Shown here piece by piece: positions 23,076 to 31,454 of a DNA stretch of 64,000 nt. The notes under the pieces are model-generated. The model searched no databases, had not been told where the DNA came from, and saw nothing but the letters and a program-made list of their open reading frames with translations. The translations under genes and the position numbers were made by a program. The DNA is from an uncultured Thermoleophilia bacterium. GTDB taxonomy: Bacteria; Actinomycetota; Thermoleophilia; UBA2241. The stretch lies in NCBI GenBank assembly GCA_963832655.1, contig CAWHUW010000005.1, positions 257,156-321,155 of the forward strand, read 5' to 3'. Numbering within the stretch: position 1 is the first letter of the stretch; the number at the start of each line of letters is the position of its first letter.

Positions 23076-24464
23076 CTAGACGCGCGGCGCCGGCGGGCGG
23101 GGGTGCGCCGGGCGGAACCGCTCGCGTACTGCGTCGAGGGTGCAGAGAAGCGCGGCGAGCTGCGCCTGCACCAGCGTGCGCACCGGCACGGGCTCGATCG
23201 CTCCGGCGGACGCGAGGCGCGAGGCGCGCGTCCGCACCCTGTCCTCGGCCGCCGCCTGGACCGCGGCAAGCCTGTCGGTCTGCCGCGTCTCGGCGGCGGC
23301 CATGCTCGCAAGGTGCCCGACGCGGGAGAGCACATCGAGCTCGCGCAGATAGACCGAGCTGAAGAGCTGGGCGACCGTCGCCTCCTCCGCGAACTGAGGC
23401 TCGCGGGCGACCATCTCGGCCTCGGCCCGCAGGTCGTCGTTGCTGCCCACCAGATAGGCGTGCAAGGACCGCTGCCAGGGCGACTCGCCGGTGAGCTCGC
23501 TCGCCGCCTCGACGTAGCGCTCGTGCAGCCAGGCGGCGTACTCGCGCTCCATCTCGATGCCGCGCCTGACGGCCTCGCCCCGGGTCACGCCCGCCGGGCT
23601 CAGGTCGGCGGCCTTCGCGCTCGTGAAGAACGGCACCTCGGCGACGAGCGTGAAGCAGTCCCACACGGCCTCCGCGTAGGCGTCGCTCGAGGTGCCGCCC
23701 TGCAAGGCGACGGCCGGCTCGACGCCGTAGCGGGCGAAGTACTCGTAGTCGTCGGAGAGGTCGAACGCCTCGAGGACGGCATCGCCGAAGGCGTTGAGGT
23801 AGGGCATCTCGGGCTCGCCGCGGTGAGGCGGCAGCCCCGCTGCCGCGAGCACCGCGGCGAGCTCGTCGGTGAGCTTGGGATCGTCGTGCGAGACGTAGAA
23901 GTAGGCGCCGCTGCAGTGGCTGTTGTGCAGGCCCATGTAGAGGTCGAGCGGCGCGCGGCCGACGACCTCCATGACCGCGCGCGCCTCCGGCAGGGGCCTG
24001 GCGAACGCGTACCGCTTGTAGTCGAAGGGGAACGTCCACTCGAACTGCTCGACGAACGGCGGCCGGTACTGGCGGAGCAGGAAGCCGGCGAGGTCGCCCG
24101 GCTCGGCGAACCAGTCCTCGTTGAGCCGCATGCCGTCGGGATCGCAGACCTTCACGACCGAGAACGAGAAGCCCAGCCGGTCGGCCAGGTCGGTCTCGGC
24201 CAGCAGCGGCAGGAGGTACTCGAGCATCAGGGTCCCGATGGGCTCTTCGGGGTGCGGGGCGCCGACAAGAGCGGCGCGCAGAGGCCCTCCGCCGACCTCG
24301 AGGCAGCGGATCTCGTGCCCGCTGCGCGACGCGCCCGCGCGCCAGACCTTGACGGCGGGGTGCGCGGCGATGAGGCGGTCGGTCGACGCCTCCAGCGCCT
24401 CGAGGGGCAGGTACCGCTCGTACGCCGGCACGCCGGCGACGATGTCGTCGTAGCGCGGGAACAT
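23076..24464 (-). CDS. M14-like zinc carboxypeptidase / succinylglutamate-desuccinylase-fold protein (DUF2817-like).
   Basis: GAPHPEEPIG (HxxE zinc-motif region) and MGLHNSH second His. AAGGTGG SD before ATG 24464. Same strand as, and ~117 bp upstream of, the three diguanylate cyclases. Confidence 0.5.
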   Translation of the reverse strand: MFPRYDDIVAGVPAYERYLPLEALEASTDRLIAAHPAVKVWRAGASRSGHEIRCLEVGGGPLRAALVGAPHPEEPIGTLMLEYLLPLLAETDLADRLGFSFSVVKVCDPDGMRLNEDWFAEPGDLAGFLLRQYRPPFVEQFEWTFPFDYKRYAFARPLPEARAVMEVVGRAPLDLYMGLHNSHCSGAYFYVSHDDPKLTDELAAVLAAAGLPPHRGEPEMPYLNAFGDAVLEAFDLSDDYEYFARYGVEPAVALQGGTSSDAYAEAVWDCFTLVAEVPFFTSAKAADLSPAGVTRGEAVRRGIEMEREYAAWLHERYVEAASELTGESPWQRSLHAYLVGSNDDLRAEAEMVAREPQFAEEATVAQLFSSVYLRELDVLSRVGHLASMAAAETRQTDRLAAVQAAAEDRVRTRASRLASAGAIEPVPVRTLVQAQLAALLCTLDAVRERFRPAHPRPPAPRV

Positions 24465-24795
24465 CGCGGGACCACCTTTCCTCCGCCCTCCAGGATGCCG
24501 CCGGACAGCTGGCCGCCCGCGGCGCGTACGAGCCTATCAAAGCGGAGCCTTTGTCGGATTCGGCAGACTTCTGGGAATCGCTAAAGGTTTCTCCGTGGGT
24601 GCCGATGAAGAGACCGGTACCCCCTTCAGAGGGCCGGGATCGCCCGGGACGACCTGCGAGAGCAGGCGTCACGGATGGTCCCGGCCCTCCCCCTTTGTCG
24701 CGCCCCTTTCCCTTCACCCCTCCGGGGAGCCGTTTCGCTCTGGCGGCCTGCCGACGGCATTTGCTAGAGTGGGGCTGTCTGGGAGGGAGAGCGAG

Positions 24796-24993
24796 ATGAT
24801 CTACTGCGTGGTGCCGCCCGAGCTCGGCGAAGAGGCATACCTCCGGCTCGTGGAGCACTACAGTGACAACCCGAACGTAAAGGTCATCATGGACCGGCGT
24901 CACAGCGAGCGGCGCAAGGACCGCACCCACGGCGGTGAGCGCGCCACCCGCGACCGTCGCCGGCGCCGCCTCCCCGGCGACTTCGACGTCTGA
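24796..24993 (+). CDS. Small basic hypothetical protein (65 aa).
   Basis: MIYCVVPPELGEEAYLRLVEHYSDNPNVKVIMDRRHSERRKD..., preceded by a GGGAGGGAGAG RBS. A ~330-bp lower-GC leader lies upstream. Confidence 0.4.
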   Translation: MIYCVVPPELGEEAYLRLVEHYSDNPNVKVIMDRRHSERRKDRTHGGERATRDRRRRRLPGDFDV

Positions 24994-25050
24994 CGGGACG
25001 CGGCCCCGGCCGCTCCTCCGCATCCAGCCAAACCCGACCCCCCGGAGCTA

Positions 25051-25530
25051 ATGCCCCAGCAGCGCCCCCGAGGCACCCAGACCAGCGTCGTCCTCTCGTC
25101 CCTCATGATGCCGGCCGACGCCAACTTCATGGGCAACATCCACGGCGGCGTCATCATGAAGCTCATCGACGAGGCGGCGGGCACGTGCGCGTTCCAGTTC
25201 TGCCGCACGCTCGTGGTCACCGCCGCGATCGACCGCATCGACTTCCACTACCCCGTGCAGGTCGGCAACCTCATCACGCTCAAGGCCAACATGAACTACG
25301 CGGGCACCAAGTCGATGGAGGTGGGGGTCCGCGTCGAGGCCGAAGACCTGAGCACCGGCGTCATCACGCACTGTGCCTCGGCCTACCTCGTGTTCGTGGC
25401 CTTGGGCGACAACGGACTGCCCATCCGGGTTCCCCGGTTGACGCCGCGCTCGGCGCAGCAGAAGCGCTGGTACGAGGAGGCGCAGGCGCGCCGCGCCAAA
25501 CGGCTCGCCGAGCGTCAGCCGGCCGACTGA
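25051..25530 (+). CDS. Hotdog-fold acyl-CoA thioesterase (YciA-like).
   Basis: MPADANFMGNIHGGVIMKLIDEAAG ... VFVALGDNGLPIRVP. Confidence 0.7.
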   Translation: MPQQRPRGTQTSVVLSSLMMPADANFMGNIHGGVIMKLIDEAAGTCAFQFCRTLVVTAAIDRIDFHYPVQVGNLITLKANMNYAGTKSMEVGVRVEAEDLSTGVITHCASAYLVFVALGDNGLPIRVPRLTPRSAQQKRWYEEAQARRAKRLAERQPAD

Positions 25531-25539
25531 CCCCGCACG

Positions 25540-26382
25540 TCAGGCTGCGGACGGCTCCGCGGCGCGACCCTCGAGACGCAGGAGCTCCTGCAAGGCGGCA
25601 TGCGCCACGTCGAGCTGGTCGTCGCTGGGCTCGCTGGTCGTGAAGAGGCGCTGGAGCTCGATGCCCGGCCGGCCGAGCGCGCCCGCCAGCGGATGCCCCT
25701 GATGCCGGGCCATCCACGAGAAGACCTCCATCGCCGTCCCCAGCGAGACCAGGCTGGCGACGAGCGTCGCGAGCGGCTGGCGCTCCTTGCCGGCGGCGCG
25801 CAGCAACAGGCCGGCGACGATGTTCGTCACCACCAGCGGCGCGACGAGGTTGGTCCCGCAGCGGGCGTGCTCGCGGGCGGCGTCGTGCAGTGATGCGTCG
25901 TCGACCGCGCCACCCTCGAAGGCGGCGACGCTCTTGTGCTCCGCGCCGTGGTAGCGCGAGAGCTTCGAGTCCCGCAGCGCGAGGAACACGGGCAGCAACG
26001 AGACGCCGGCGACGACGAGTTCGCGAACGACCGGCGCGCGACCCCCGACGCGGCGCAGCGCCACCGTGGCGGCGGCGCTGCCGACGGATGCCGCCAGCAG
26101 GCGCGGGTCCTCCTGGGGCAGCACCGGCCCGCCGGTCGCGCGGCGCACCGCGGGAAGCACGGCGAGCGCTTCGCCGAGGCGCACGAGCCCGCGCGCGAAC
26201 GGCACGCGCTGCAGACGCTCGCGCCCGGGGAGCTGCCCCTTGCGGCCCGAACTCACCTGGATGCCGCCGTCGTCGTCGCGCACCGCCGCCGCCCAGTAGG
26301 CGGGGCTCTGCAGCAGGACGCCGTCGCGCAGCGCCATGCCGCCGAGCTGCAGCGGATCTCGCGCGTCTGTCTCACCCATCAC
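25540..26382 (-). CDS. DUF1385 family protein.
   Basis: YHGAEHK motif characteristic of DUF1385, 280 aa. Confidence 0.55.
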   Translation of the reverse strand: MMGETDARDPLQLGGMALRDGVLLQSPAYWAAAVRDDDGGIQVSSGRKGQLPGRERLQRVPFARGLVRLGEALAVLPAVRRATGGPVLPQEDPRLLAASVGSAAATVALRRVGGRAPVVRELVVAGVSLLPVFLALRDSKLSRYHGAEHKSVAAFEGGAVDDASLHDAAREHARCGTNLVAPLVVTNIVAGLLLRAAGKERQPLATLVASLVSLGTAMEVFSWMARHQGHPLAGALGRPGIELQRLFTTSEPSDDQLDVAHAALQELLRLEGRAAEPSAA

Positions 26383-26527
26383 GGCGCTCCATCGATCGCT
26401 TCATTGCCCGCACAGCTTGACCCATCCCTCGGCCGATCGCCACCGGTACGCACTGATAGGATTCCCGCGAGCCCCCATCGCCACGAGGAGACGCCCCCTG
26501 ACCGGACTCGACCGTGACCTCAAGCTC

Positions 26528-27658
26528 ATGGCCACGGCCATCCTGCTCTACGCGTTCGGCTTGGGCCTCTATTACCAGCTCCTGTTCGTCTACGCCCTCG
26601 AGCTGGGCGCCTCGCGCTTCGACATCGGCGTGCTCACCGCCGTCCTGCTCGCGTCGACGGCAGCCAGCAGCCTGCCCGGGGCCTGGGCCGCGGACCGCTT
26701 CCGGCTCAAGCCCGTCATCGCGGTCGTCTGGTGGCTGGCCGTACCGGCCTCTCTCTTCTATCTCGCCGCACCGACCTGGGAATGGCTCATCCCCGGCCTC
26801 GCGCTGACGGGGCTCTCGATGGCCAACAATCCGGCCATGAAGGCATACGTCTTCTTGCGCTCGGACGAGGGTCGCGTGGCGCGCAACCAGACCCTCGTCT
26901 ACAGCAGCCTGCCGATCGGCCTGATCGTCTCCCCCCTCCTCGGCGGCTACCTCGCGGACACGTTCGGCATGCGCCTGGTGTTCGCGTTGAGCACCGCGTT
27001 CTACGTCGCTTCCGCGGCCGTCGCATCGCTGCTCGCCGACACGCCCGACCACACGGCGGCGGCCCGATGGACCTTGGCCGAAGTCCGTCGCAACCGGCGG
27101 TTCTGCCGCTACGTGGCCTTCTTCCTCCTCGGCTTCCTCGCCGTGTACGTGGGCCAGGCGTTCCTCACGCCGTACCTCGCGCAGGTGCATCACCAAGGCT
27201 ACGGCGCCCTCGGCGTCTACGCTTCGCTGGCCGCCGCGGGCGCCGCCGTCATGACCCCCTTCTGGGGCCGGGTGGCCGACGTGCGCGGCGCCCGGCGCGG
27301 CATCGCCGGCGTGCTCGTGCTGATCGCGCTCGGCAGCGCGCTCCTCATCGGCGGGTCGACGCCCGTCGTCTGGGGCCTCGCGATGTTCTGCTGCGGCGCC
27401 TTCGACGCGCTGCGCTTCGTCACCACGGGGGTGGTCGCCCGCTCGTTCGGCGCCGTGCCGCTCACCTGGGGCTACGCGCTCTTCGACACGGCCATGGGGC
27501 TGCCCATGGCGGGCGGCGCCCTCATCGGCGGGCTGCTCTACCAGACCGCCTACTGGCTGCCGTTCGTCTTCGCCATCGCGGTCGCGCTGGTCCTGCTGGC
27601 CGTGCTCGCCGCGGTGCCGCGCGACGTGGCGTGCGATCCGCCCGGTCCGGGTACCTGA
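26528..27658 (+). CDS. MFS transporter.
   Basis: 12 predicted TM segments and a GxLaDrfGrR-like motif (WAADRFRLKP). Confidence 0.7.
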   Translation: MATAILLYAFGLGLYYQLLFVYALELGASRFDIGVLTAVLLASTAASSLPGAWAADRFRLKPVIAVVWWLAVPASLFYLAAPTWEWLIPGLALTGLSMANNPAMKAYVFLRSDEGRVARNQTLVYSSLPIGLIVSPLLGGYLADTFGMRLVFALSTAFYVASAAVASLLADTPDHTAAARWTLAEVRRNRRFCRYVAFFLLGFLAVYVGQAFLTPYLAQVHHQGYGALGVYASLAAAGAAVMTPFWGRVADVRGARRGIAGVLVLIALGSALLIGGSTPVVWGLAMFCCGAFDALRFVTTGVVARSFGAVPLTWGYALFDTAMGLPMAGGALIGGLLYQTAYWLPFVFAIAVALVLLAVLAAVPRDVACDPPGPGT

Positions 27659-27733
27659 TACGTGCCCGCTGGAGCCCGCGTTGCGGTGGCGCCGGCCGTG
27701 ACGCGCTCCGATGCGATCGACCGAGGAGGGGAC

Positions 27734-28012
27734 ATGGGCATCTTCGACACCATCAAGGACAAGGCCGGCGACCTGGCCGGCGACGCCGAGAAGGCCGGCA
27801 AGGTCGGGGCCGCGCAGGTCAAGCTCAAGTCGCTGCAGGGCGGCGTCGACGACGCCATGAAGATGCTGGGCCGGGAAGCGTTCGAGCTCGTCGACAAGGG
27901 CGAGCTGGTGCACCCCGGCCTCGAGCCCGGCATCGCCCGCGTCCGCGACGCGCAGCGTCTGGTCGACGAGAAGAAGGCCGAGATCGAGGCGATCAAGAGC
28001 GCCGGCGCCTGA
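27734..28012 (+). CDS. Small hypothetical protein (92 aa).
   Basis: MGIFDTIKDKAGDLAGDAEKAGK... with a GGAGGGG RBS. Confidence 0.45.
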   Translation: MGIFDTIKDKAGDLAGDAEKAGKVGAAQVKLKSLQGGVDDAMKMLGREAFELVDKGELVHPGLEPGIARVRDAQRLVDEKKAEIEAIKSAGA

Positions 28013-28099
28013 GCGCGGCTGGGCGGTAACGTCACCCCGCGCGGCAGCGACGGTCGCCGGCGTCGGTCTGGTAGGCTCGCCCGCGACCAAGGAGGCCGG

Positions 28100-29252
28100 A
28101 TGAAGCTCAGCGACGCGTGGCCCGAGGCGGCGAGAGACGGGAGCGACCCCGAGGGCGAGCCCAGGACCAACGTGAGCGACCTCGTCGACGGCGAGACCGT
28201 GACGAGCTCCTACGTGTGCTCGGAGCGCGACGTCAGGACGACGAAGAACGGCGGGACGATGGTCAACCTCACCCTGCTCGACGCCACCGGGCAGGTCAAG
28301 GGGGTCCACTTCGACCCGTCGGAAGAGGTCGTCGCGACGCTCGCGCCGGGTAGCGTCGTCAAGGTGCGGGGCACGGTACAGGGTCGACCCCAAGTGGGGG
28401 CCGCAGCTCGTCGTCGACAGACTGCGCACGCTGAGCGAGGGCGAGTACGACCCCGCCGCCCTGGTCCCCGTGTCGCCGATCGGGGTCGACGAGCTCCGCG
28501 CCCGGCTCGCGGCGCTGATCGGGAGTGTCACCGAGCCACACGTGAGGGCACTGCTCGAGCGCGCCCTGGACCCGGACCGCGAGCCGGGCGCGACCTACGC
28601 CGTCGCCCCCGCGGCGGTGCGCATGCATCACGCGTATCGGCACGGGCTGCTCGAGCACTCGGTGATCGTCGCCGAGGTAGCCGCCGGCGTGGCCGAACGG
28701 CTGCCGACCGTCGATCGCGACGTCGTCGTCGCCGGCGCCCTGTTGCACGACATCGGCAAGGTCGTGAGCTACTCGAGCGACCCCTTCGCGCCCGGCTTCA
28801 CCGACGTCGGGCGCCTGCACGGCGAGATCGTGCTCGGACACGACATGGTGCGCGGCCTCATCGGCGAGGTCGACGGCTTCCCGGAGGAGCTCTCCTCGCG
28901 TCTGCGCCACGTCATCGTCGCCCACCACGGCGAGAAGGAGAAGGGAAGCCCCGTCATTCCGATGACGCGCGAAGCGATCGTCGTCCACTACTGCGACGAC
29001 ATGACGGCGCGGGTGGCGGCGGTCGACGACGCGGAGCGCGCGACCGCCGCCGGCGAGCGCTGGTCGGCCTTCAGCCGCATGCTCGACACCTTCGTCTACC
29101 TCGGCGACGGGGAGGCGGGAAGCGAAGGCGGACGCGTTGCGGAGGGCGTCGCCGGCCGGACGGCGGAGGAGGATCCGGCGCCCGCGAGGCCGCGCGACGA
29201 CGCGGAGCCCGTCGCGGCAGACGACGAGCCGCCGTCGCTGTTCACGGAGTAG
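28100..29252 (+). CDS. OB-fold + HD-domain 3'-5' exoribonuclease (YhaM-like). There is a frameshift near ~28385.
   Basis: N-terminal OB-fold segment (TKNGGTMVNLTLLDATGQVKGVHF), HD motifs HHAYRHGLLEHS ... ALLHDIGK ... HVIVAHHG, AAGGAGG RBS. Confidence 0.6.
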
Positions 29253-29307
29253 GAGAGGGCGGCCGGCGGCGGGCTCACGCCCGCCTCGCCGCCGCCCTCT
29301 CACTTCT

Positions 29308-29759
29308 TCAGCCCCAGACCTCCCGCGCCGCGGCGAGCACCTCGGCCGCGTGGCCCTTGGGGGTCACCTTCGGGTAGATCCTGCGCAGCGTCCCGTCGGC
29401 GTCGATCAGCCAGGTCGTGCGCTTGGCGACCCCGACCATGGGCCGCGCCACGCCGAACGCGCCGGCGACGGCGTGCTCGTCGGGTTCGCTGATGAGCGGC
29501 ATGCGCAGCTCGTACTTCTGCGCCCACTTCTGATTGGCGGCGGGCTTGTCGACGCTGGCGCCGACCACCTGTACGCCGAGCTTCTCGAACTCACCCAGCA
29601 GGCCGTTGAACTCAACGGCTTCCGTCGTTCAGCCCCCGGTGTTGGCCTTGGGGTAGAAGAACAGGACGGTCCGCCTGCCGGGGGCGCCGATGTCGAACAC
29701 GGTCCCGTCATACGACGTGCCGGTCACCGCCGGCGCCTTGTCACCCTCCTTGAGCATCG
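29308..29759 (-). CDS. PrxQ/Bcp-type peroxiredoxin with an in-frame TGA (29629-29631) at the peroxidatic-Cys position. It is a candidate selenocysteine-containing peroxiredoxin.
   Basis: The two ORFs 29629..29985 and 29308..29568 are in the SAME frame, separated only by TGA. Translation reads VLFFYPKANTGG-[UGA]-TTEAVEFNGLLGEFEKLGVQVVGASVD, i.e. the PrxQ P-x-x-x-T-x-x-C-T-x-E motif with UGA replacing Cys. Confidence 0.6.
29602..29619 (-). promoter_or_regulatory. SECIS-like hairpin 10 nt downstream of the in-frame UGA of the peroxiredoxin.
   Basis: mRNA 5'-GCCGUUG AGUU CAACGGC-3' forms a perfect 7-bp GC-rich stem with a 4-nt apical loop containing G-U. The spacing from UGA to the apical loop is ~17 nt, within the bacterial SECIS range. 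Confidence 0.4.
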
Positions 29760-29819
29760 CCTCCCCCTTCGTCGTCGGGACTGCCGGCAGACTCCACCGC
29801 CGGCCGGCCCGCTCGCCTC

Positions 29820-30272
29820 TCAGTAGCCGCCCCAGAGCTGCTCCGCCTCGGCCAGCACGTCCCTCGCGTGGCCGTACGGCGGCACCTCGCTGAAGATCCG
29901 TTTGACGAGCCCCGTCCGGTCGATCATGAAGGTCGCCGCCCGCGGCCGTCCCTTCTTGGTGCCGACCAGGCCGAAGGCGAAACAAGCCTTGCGATCGGCG
30001 TCGCTCACGAGCGGGTAGTGCAGGTCGTAGCCCGAGGCGAAGGTCGCGACCAGCGCCGCACGGTCCACGCCGATGCCGATCACCTGCACGCCGAGCTGCT
30101 TGAAGCCGAAGAGCTGGTCGTTGAAGTCGGAGGCCATGCTGATGCTGCGCGCGCTCATGGCCTCCTCGAAGAAGAAGAGGACGAGGTGCTGCCCCGGGGC
30201 GGCGAGGTCGTAGTACTGGCCGTCGCTCGTCGCCAGCGTCACCGCCGGGGCCTCTTCGTCGATGCCGATCAC
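29820..30272 (-). CDS. Peroxiredoxin-fold paralog lacking any active-site cysteine.
   Basis: A clear paralog of the adjacent PrxQ (EAPAVTLATSDGQYYDLAAPGQHLVLFFF vs KAPAVTGTSYDGTVFDIGAPGRRTVLFFY, and matching C-termini ...RIFSEVPPYGHARDVLAEAEQLWG). The catalytic segment reads EEAMSARSISMASDF with no Cys in any frame. Confidence 0.6.
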   Translation of the reverse strand: MIGIDEEAPAVTLATSDGQYYDLAAPGQHLVLFFFEEAMSARSISMASDFNDQLFGFKQLGVQVIGIGVDRAALVATFASGYDLHYPLVSDADRKACFAFGLVGTKKGRPRAATFMIDRTGLVKRIFSEVPPYGHARDVLAEAEQLWGGY

Positions 30273-30300
30273 GGTGACCTCCTCCGTCCCTCCGGGGCGC

Positions 30301-30648
30301 TCAGCCCGCTTCGATCTCGGCGTCGTCCGCGATCGGCGGCGCCGCCACGACCACGAAGGTCAAGGGCCCGACACCCACGTTCGAGACGCGGTGCCAGGCG
30401 CCCGACGGGACGACGAGCGCGTCGCGCTCCCCGAGCTTGTGGTGGGCCTCATCGATGTCGACCATGGCCGTCCCGTCGAGGACCACGTAGAGCTCTTCCT
30501 GCTCGCGGTGGAGATGCCGCAGCATCGATCCTTCGGCCAGCGTGAACACGTTGGCCCGCATCTGCGTCAGGCCCAGCTTGTCGCCGATCCGCTGGACACT
30601 CAGCTTCTCGGACAGGTTCTCGGTCGGCACGGCGTGAACGACGTCCAT
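30301..30648 (-). CDS. Cupin domain protein.
   Basis: HLHREQEELYVVLDGTAMVDID ... GAWHRVSNVG cupin motifs. Confidence 0.6.
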   Translation of the reverse strand: MDVVHAVPTENLSEKLSVQRIGDKLGLTQMRANVFTLAEGSMLRHLHREQEELYVVLDGTAMVDIDEAHHKLGERDALVVPSGAWHRVSNVGVGPLTFVVVAAPPIADDAEIEAG

Positions 30649-30685
30649 GTCCTCCTCCTCGCGCGACAGCTGCCGGCGTGTCGTT

Positions 30686-31324
30686 TCAGCCCTTCTCTGG
30701 TTCGAGGATCGACACCGGGATCCCGCAGAGCTGCTTCAGGCGCCACGCGTCGTCTTCTGACCCGACGATGTCGCCGAAGTGCATGGGCACCACGACGGCG
30801 GCCTTCAACATGGTGCAGGCCTGGGCCGCCTCCTCGGCCGTCATGGTGTAGGTACCGCCCACCGGGAGCAGCGCCACGTCGACGTCGATGTCCCGCATCT
30901 CGGGGATCGCGTCGGTGTCGCCGGCATGGTAGATGCGCACCCCGTCCATCTCGACGATGTAGCCGACGTGGCACTCGCCCCGAGGGTGGTAGACGACGCC
31001 TGGCTTCTTGTACTTGTTCACGTTGTAGGCGGGCACCACGGTCACCTTTGCGGTGCCCGCGTCCACGATCTGCCCCGGCTGCGCGGTGAAGCCGGCGCGC
31101 CGGCCGATCTTGCCGGTGACGCAGGGCGGGCCGACGATCACCGTGCCGGGTCCGGTGACCTTGTCGATGTCCGCCAGGCTGAGATGGTCGTAGTGATCGT
31201 GGGTGACGAGGATCGCGTCCGCGGGGGGCTGACCGGCAGGAAGCTTCCACGGGTCGACGTACAGCGTGCTGCTGCCGTCGATTCGGAACGAGTCGTGGCC
31301 GAGCCAGTGGACGTGCTCAAGCAT
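30686..31324 (-). CDS. MBL-fold metallo-hydrolase (UPF0173-like).
   Basis: ILVTHDHYDHL and HAGDTD motifs. Confidence 0.7.
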   Translation of the reverse strand: MLEHVHWLGHDSFRIDGSSTLYVDPWKLPAGQPPADAILVTHDHYDHLSLADIDKVTGPGTVIVGPPCVTGKIGRRAGFTAQPGQIVDAGTAKVTVVPAYNVNKYKKPGVVYHPRGECHVGYIVEMDGVRIYHAGDTDAIPEMRDIDVDVALLPVGGTYTMTAEEAAQACTMLKAAVVVPMHFGDIVGSEDDAWRLKQLCGIPVSILEPEKG

Positions 31325-31384
31325 CGTGCCCCTCCTTCGAAGACGCGCCACGAGCATCGTACCCGAAGAAGCGGAGAATACAGC

Positions 31385-31428
31385 GGGGCGGCCGCCGGAC
31401 CGGCCGAGCCCGGTCCGGCGGCCGCCCC
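31385..31428 (-). terminator. GC-rich hairpin downstream of the cold-shock gene.
   Basis: Inverted repeat ggggcggccgccggaccgg-ccgagc-ccggtccggcggccgcccc. Confidence 0.45.
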
Positions 31429-31454
31429 GCCGCCCACTGCGTCTGCGCCCGAAG

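Noticed and set aside
22993-25023. 676-aa ORF (-) and the many other long antisense or overlapping ORFs (e.g. 14119..16026 -, 17085..18782 +, 18866..20905 +, 47813..49822 -, 49587..51794 -, 53108..55081 -, 58940..61285 -).
   Set aside because: High-GC genomes generate long stop-free antisense frames. Each of these overlaps a well-supported gene on the other strand and has Arg/Ala/Gly/Pro-dominated composition without motifs.
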